DNA of 64,000 nucleotides from Phyllobates terribilis (taxonomy: Eukaryota), in the NCBI RefSeq assembly GCF_046119375.1, contig NW_027362761.1, forward strand, positions 454,522,001 to 454,586,000, in the 5' to 3' direction. The translations under genes and the position numbers were made by a program. Each line of letters begins with the position of its first letter. The first letter of the stretch is position 1. Of this stretch, positions 60,540 to 64,000 are shown piece after piece. The notes under the pieces are model-generated. The model searched no databases, was not told the origin of the DNA, and was given only the letters and a program-made list of their open reading frames with translations.

Positions 60540-62518
60540 AAATACCTGCCCGCAAATCGGAATCATCTACAGCCCAAAGTCATGCTTGAGCCAACCCCTG
60601 AAGACTGTATATCATATGCCAGTTCCCAAACTGTATTAGGGCAGTTGACGTAAAACACATTCATATGATGAAGACGCCGAACGCAGGGTCCCAATATTAT
60701 TATAATTACAAACAATACTTTTCAGTAGTGCTGTTAGCCTTGGTTGACAGTAACTACCAGCTTGTAATTGTAGATATTGGGGCCTATGGAAGAACTGGAG
60801 ATACGTGAATCTTCAATTCTTAATGGGTTGGCAGCTTCAGACCAATGAAATGGGTGTGCCACCCCCTCAGATACTCCCTGGCTCAAGTGGAGAAGCTCCA
60901 CTTCTGGTTGGGGATGAGACATTTCAGCTGGGTCATCATGTGATGAGGTCTTATCCCCCGCTGTGGTTTGGACTAGCGATGGTGGATTTTCAATTACAGG
61001 CAAAATGTCAATGATGCCATCATGGCCAGTGTAATACTACATAATTTCATCCACATCCATGACTCACCTGTGTCTGTGGAGGCTTAGGGAGGATTGGTCA
61101 CCAATCCTGGTTCAGTATCACAGGTTGGGCCCAGACGCCATGATCCTTCTGGCCTCAGAGTCCGCAGATTATTTTATTACACCTGAGGGGTCAACACCCT
61201 GGCAAGAAAATTATGTTGTGTAATGTTTGGAATATATGAGGTTTTTTTTCCTTTCCCCCACAACCAAAAAAAGCACATGACTTGTGTATTTTTTTAAAGT
61301 TCTGCTTAAAAAGAGTATGAATAAAAAGACACAAGCAAATGTCAAACGAAACCTAAAGATATGTTTACTTGTCACAAACAAGAAAAACCTGAAGTCGAAA
61401 ACGATGGCAAAACCACCGATCTAATGAAGAAATAAAGTCTTTTTCCCAAAACAAACCTACAAAAACCATTATAAATGATAAAATAAGGTACGATATGTGG
61501 GAGGGGTGGATGGACTGGCAGAAGGATTATGTTGTGAAGAAGGATGAGGGGAGGGAATATATGTCATCCAGGATGGCTGTGGGCTGAAAGAGGGGTGGTA
61601 TGTGTGTGCCTATGGAGGCACATAGCACCCATGGGCACTAGGGCCACATGCTCCCCACTGGTGGCGCTCCCTGAGATGGCGTTGGCTCCTGTGACCTACA
61701 TTGTAGGTATGTGAGCATGGACCATGGTGTCATCTTTCCCCTGTCCCACTGATGTGGTGCTGCTCAAATTGCCCAGCATATCCATGGAAAGATGGTGGTA
61801 ATGGTGGTAGTGGTGGCCGGGAGGCAATGCTGTTGCATGTTGTCTCTGGCCACATCTCAGCTGCCTTTGTTCCAACATCTCAAAAGGGGATCATTGGGTG
61901 GTATTGCATCATCGAGGAGGAGCAGTATGGCTGACTTTGTGAGGAGCTTCAGATTCACAGTAACCTCTCACAGTTGCAGCGCCATATTGAGGCAAAAGGC
62001 CTCCTTCCCATCATCATTCACTGTGTGAGACAGATAATCATTGAATCGACTATCTACCTTGCTTCATGTGGCGTTGCAGAGGGGCTTCCTTCTTTGCCGG
62101 GCTCAGCGGGGTGTGGGTGCCGCTTGAGGTGAGGTGTCAAGCGGCAAGGTGAGGCTGCTGCTCTGTGCCTGATCCTCATGCTCAGGGTCGATTGCTAGCC
62201 CTGCTGATGGTCCTGGCTCCTCCTCTTGTGGGTTCACCACCTCGGACTCAGATAGTGTGTCCATGTCCTGTAAGTTGGTATCAGTTTTGTAATTAAAAAT
62301 TTGCATGATAAGTAAAACTATAAAGTGCATATAAAGTACTAATTTTAACAAATACACAGAGGTTTGAACATACGGTCTGAGATCCATGATGGGCGCAAGG
62401 AAATTCATCCCATCCTTGTAGAGATATGGTCTTTTTGGGGGGCCACTTCTCCACTTTTGGCTTACTGCTGGTGCTCCCTCCTATACTGATCCATGCAGCT
62501 GTGCCATCTTCTTGTCAT
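60540..62518. mobile_element. PIF/Harbinger remnant: DDE transposase (+, ~60540-61200) and convergent Myb/MADF-type partner ORF (-, ~62100-62518)
   Basis: FPNCIRAVDVKHI...YNYKQYFSVVLLALVDSNYQLVIVDIGAYG; LVGDETFQL; minus strand RPYLYKDGMNFLAPIMDLRP. Confidence 0.78.
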
Positions 62519-63021
62519 TAGTGTTGAGCCACCCCCGTAGTGTTCGAGTTCGGTTCGGTTCGTCGAACACCCATGTGTTCGCCGAACTGTTCGTCGAACT
62601 GTTCGTCGAACACCTTCGAACACCGTTAAAACCAATGGCAGGCAAACAAAAACACATAGAAACACATAGAAAATACATTCAAAGGTGTCCAAAAGCTGAC
62701 AAACTGCTCAGAAGACACAACTAACACATGGAAAAGTGACAAGTACATATAGTCATGCGAAAAGAAAAGAGGTGGAGGAGTAAAAGGAGGGGGAGACACA
62801 GATATAGGCATGTCATGCCCTTCTAAAATCCAAAAAGTGAGAAGCCGATACGCTCAGTCCGCTCCTGCCCGTGCCACCTCCGTGTCGCCGGGTTTGTGCC
62901 AGAGCCGCGGTGAACCCTGACGGCCAGCCCCCCTCTCCCAATACTGGTGCCTGTCCGCTGGTGGGTCGAGCGAGCCCCCCTGTGGTGGAGGCAGCTCTAA
63001 GCTTTTTAATTTAAATTGTCT

Positions 63022-63289
63022 CTCTAATTTGAATAAATACACTTTAAATCCATTTACAAGGATCTATTGGAGGGCAAGTCTCATGCCAGCAGCCGCGTAA
63101 TTCCAGCTCCAGTAGCGTCCACTAAAGCTGCTGCAGTTAAAAAGCTTTTATAAGGATCGAGCTCGGCTGTCCACCGCAAGGCATCCTACTGCCAGTCCGA
63201 TCCCCTATGCCTTGGGGTGCCTCCTGATGCTCTTCACTGAGTATCCCGTGGTCCCGAAGCATTTCCTTTGAAAAAATGAAGTGTCCAAA
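63022..63289 (+). pseudogene. Uninterrupted 18S rRNA-derived fragment (~268 bp; helix 18 into V4)
   Basis: ...ggagggcaagtctcatgccagcagccgcgtaattccagctccagtagcgtccactaaagctgctgcagttaaaaagct...; one G is missing from GCCGCGGTAA. Confidence 0.92.
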
Positions 63290-63403
63290 CTACAGGTGGT
63301 GTAGCTTGCTTAACAGCCGGGATAATCCGCTGACTAGCAGACCCTGCTACTAGGCACAAAGTATTTCCTGGGCTAGATGCAGTTAAAAATTTGTAATTAT
63401 ATA

Positions 63404-63560
63404 CTCTCGTTGGATGCTGAGAAAGCATTCCATAGAGTCTCCTGGCACGCCATATATGATTCTCTTAAAAAGCTTGGGGTAGGGGTCTAGGGGACCCTTT
63501 TATAGCCAAAATCACGGCCCTATATCGCAATACGTCACCTAGGCTGAAGATAAATGGAAC
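63404..63560 (+). pseudogene. L1 RT fragment (cargo), cut by an LTR-like insertion at 63561
   Basis: SLDAEKAFHRVSWHAIYDSLKKLG...RLKINGT. Confidence 0.85.
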
Positions 63561-64000
63561 TGTAGCACCCTGAGGGCTCGGTTGCTACAGAGGTATTGCA
63601 CCTCACCCAGAGGTGTGATATCTCACTCTCAGGTAAGGATGTAGTGTGGATCAGGACCCGACACCTGCATGCATTACACCACATTGCCGTGGGGCAGGGC
63701 GACCAATATGCCCCTGAGATGGGCACGACAGTCCCTGTCCCTGGCTGGAGTGGGGGGAGGGAACACTGAGGAAGGGGAACCCTGTAGTGCAGGAGCAGGG
63801 AGGAAGCAGTTCCTGGGTGCATTGAGAAGGGAGTATAAAAGGTGGGCACCATCTTAGTTCAGTGCAGAGAAGTCTGAGCAGAAGTGGCAGGGAGCAGGGG
63901 CTCTGCATGAGCTCTGCTCCGGAGGCGGGCCTAGTAACAGAGGCCCAGGCCTGGAAGAGGGAGAAGGAAGGAAGAGGAGCGGAGAAGGCTCCAGGAACGA
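63561..64000 (+). mobile_element. LTR-like insertion of the same family as 43389-44575
   Basis: tgtagcaccctgagggctcggttgctacagag...cacccagaggtgtg matches the reverse complement of 44575-44470; TATAAAAGG at ~63833. Confidence 0.7.

Larger units (their letters stand above)
62519..64000 (+). mobile_element. hAT left arm with 18S and L1 cargo (empty Tx1 site); continues beyond the window
   Basis: TIR tagtgttgagc at 62519 (flank cttgtcat, nTnnnnAn); collinear with 14857-14289 plus 5319-4860. Confidence 0.92.

Noticed and set aside
63022-63289. Functional rRNA gene or rDNA unit
   Set aside because: Only ~268 bp, with many substitutions and indels in invariant positions; flanked by transposon sequence; no ITS, 5.8S or 28S.

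Overview
This window is repeat-saturated vertebrate DNA, most consistent with an anuran (frog) genome; that is an inference from the V-SINE, Tc1, hAT, Tx1, Ngaro and Tf1/sushi-type repertoire. No host protein-coding gene could be confidently identified. The window is a nested stack of transposable elements. One BED-finger hAT family with TAG(T/A/C)G(A/T)TGAGC termini and 8-bp TSDs dominates: a transposase copy at 1-2650, a left arm at ~4410-14857 (minus), a non-autonomous palindromic derivative at 34892-38786, a full-length decayed copy at 39428-50484, and a left arm at 62519-64000. The most striking observation is that two copies of this hAT carry the same captured cargo: a ~270-bp fragment of 18S rRNA (helix 18 / 530-loop into V4) followed by an L1 reverse-transcriptase fragment. 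In one copy a full-length ~9-kb Tx1-clade LINE (5320-14288, minus) sits exactly inside the universally conserved GCCGCGGT^AATTCCAGCTCC motif of that 18S fragment. The other copy (63022-63289) shows the empty site. This suggests an 18S-sequence-targeting retrotransposon that uses an rRNA-derived landing pad carried by a DNA transposon; site specificity is not established from one insertion. Other contents: an intact, very young chromodomain Gypsy element (29423-34410; LTRs differ at 1 of 422 nt; self-priming PBS), a Ngaro remnant with tyrosine recombinase and SGNH hydrolase, Penelope-like fossils with minimal hammerhead motifs, Tc1 copies, a non-autonomous piggyBac, a Harbinger remnant, V-SINEs, a 110-bp tandem array with higher-order structure, and a ~3.4-kb palindrome of palindromes. 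All identifications are by eye from motifs; no database searches were run.
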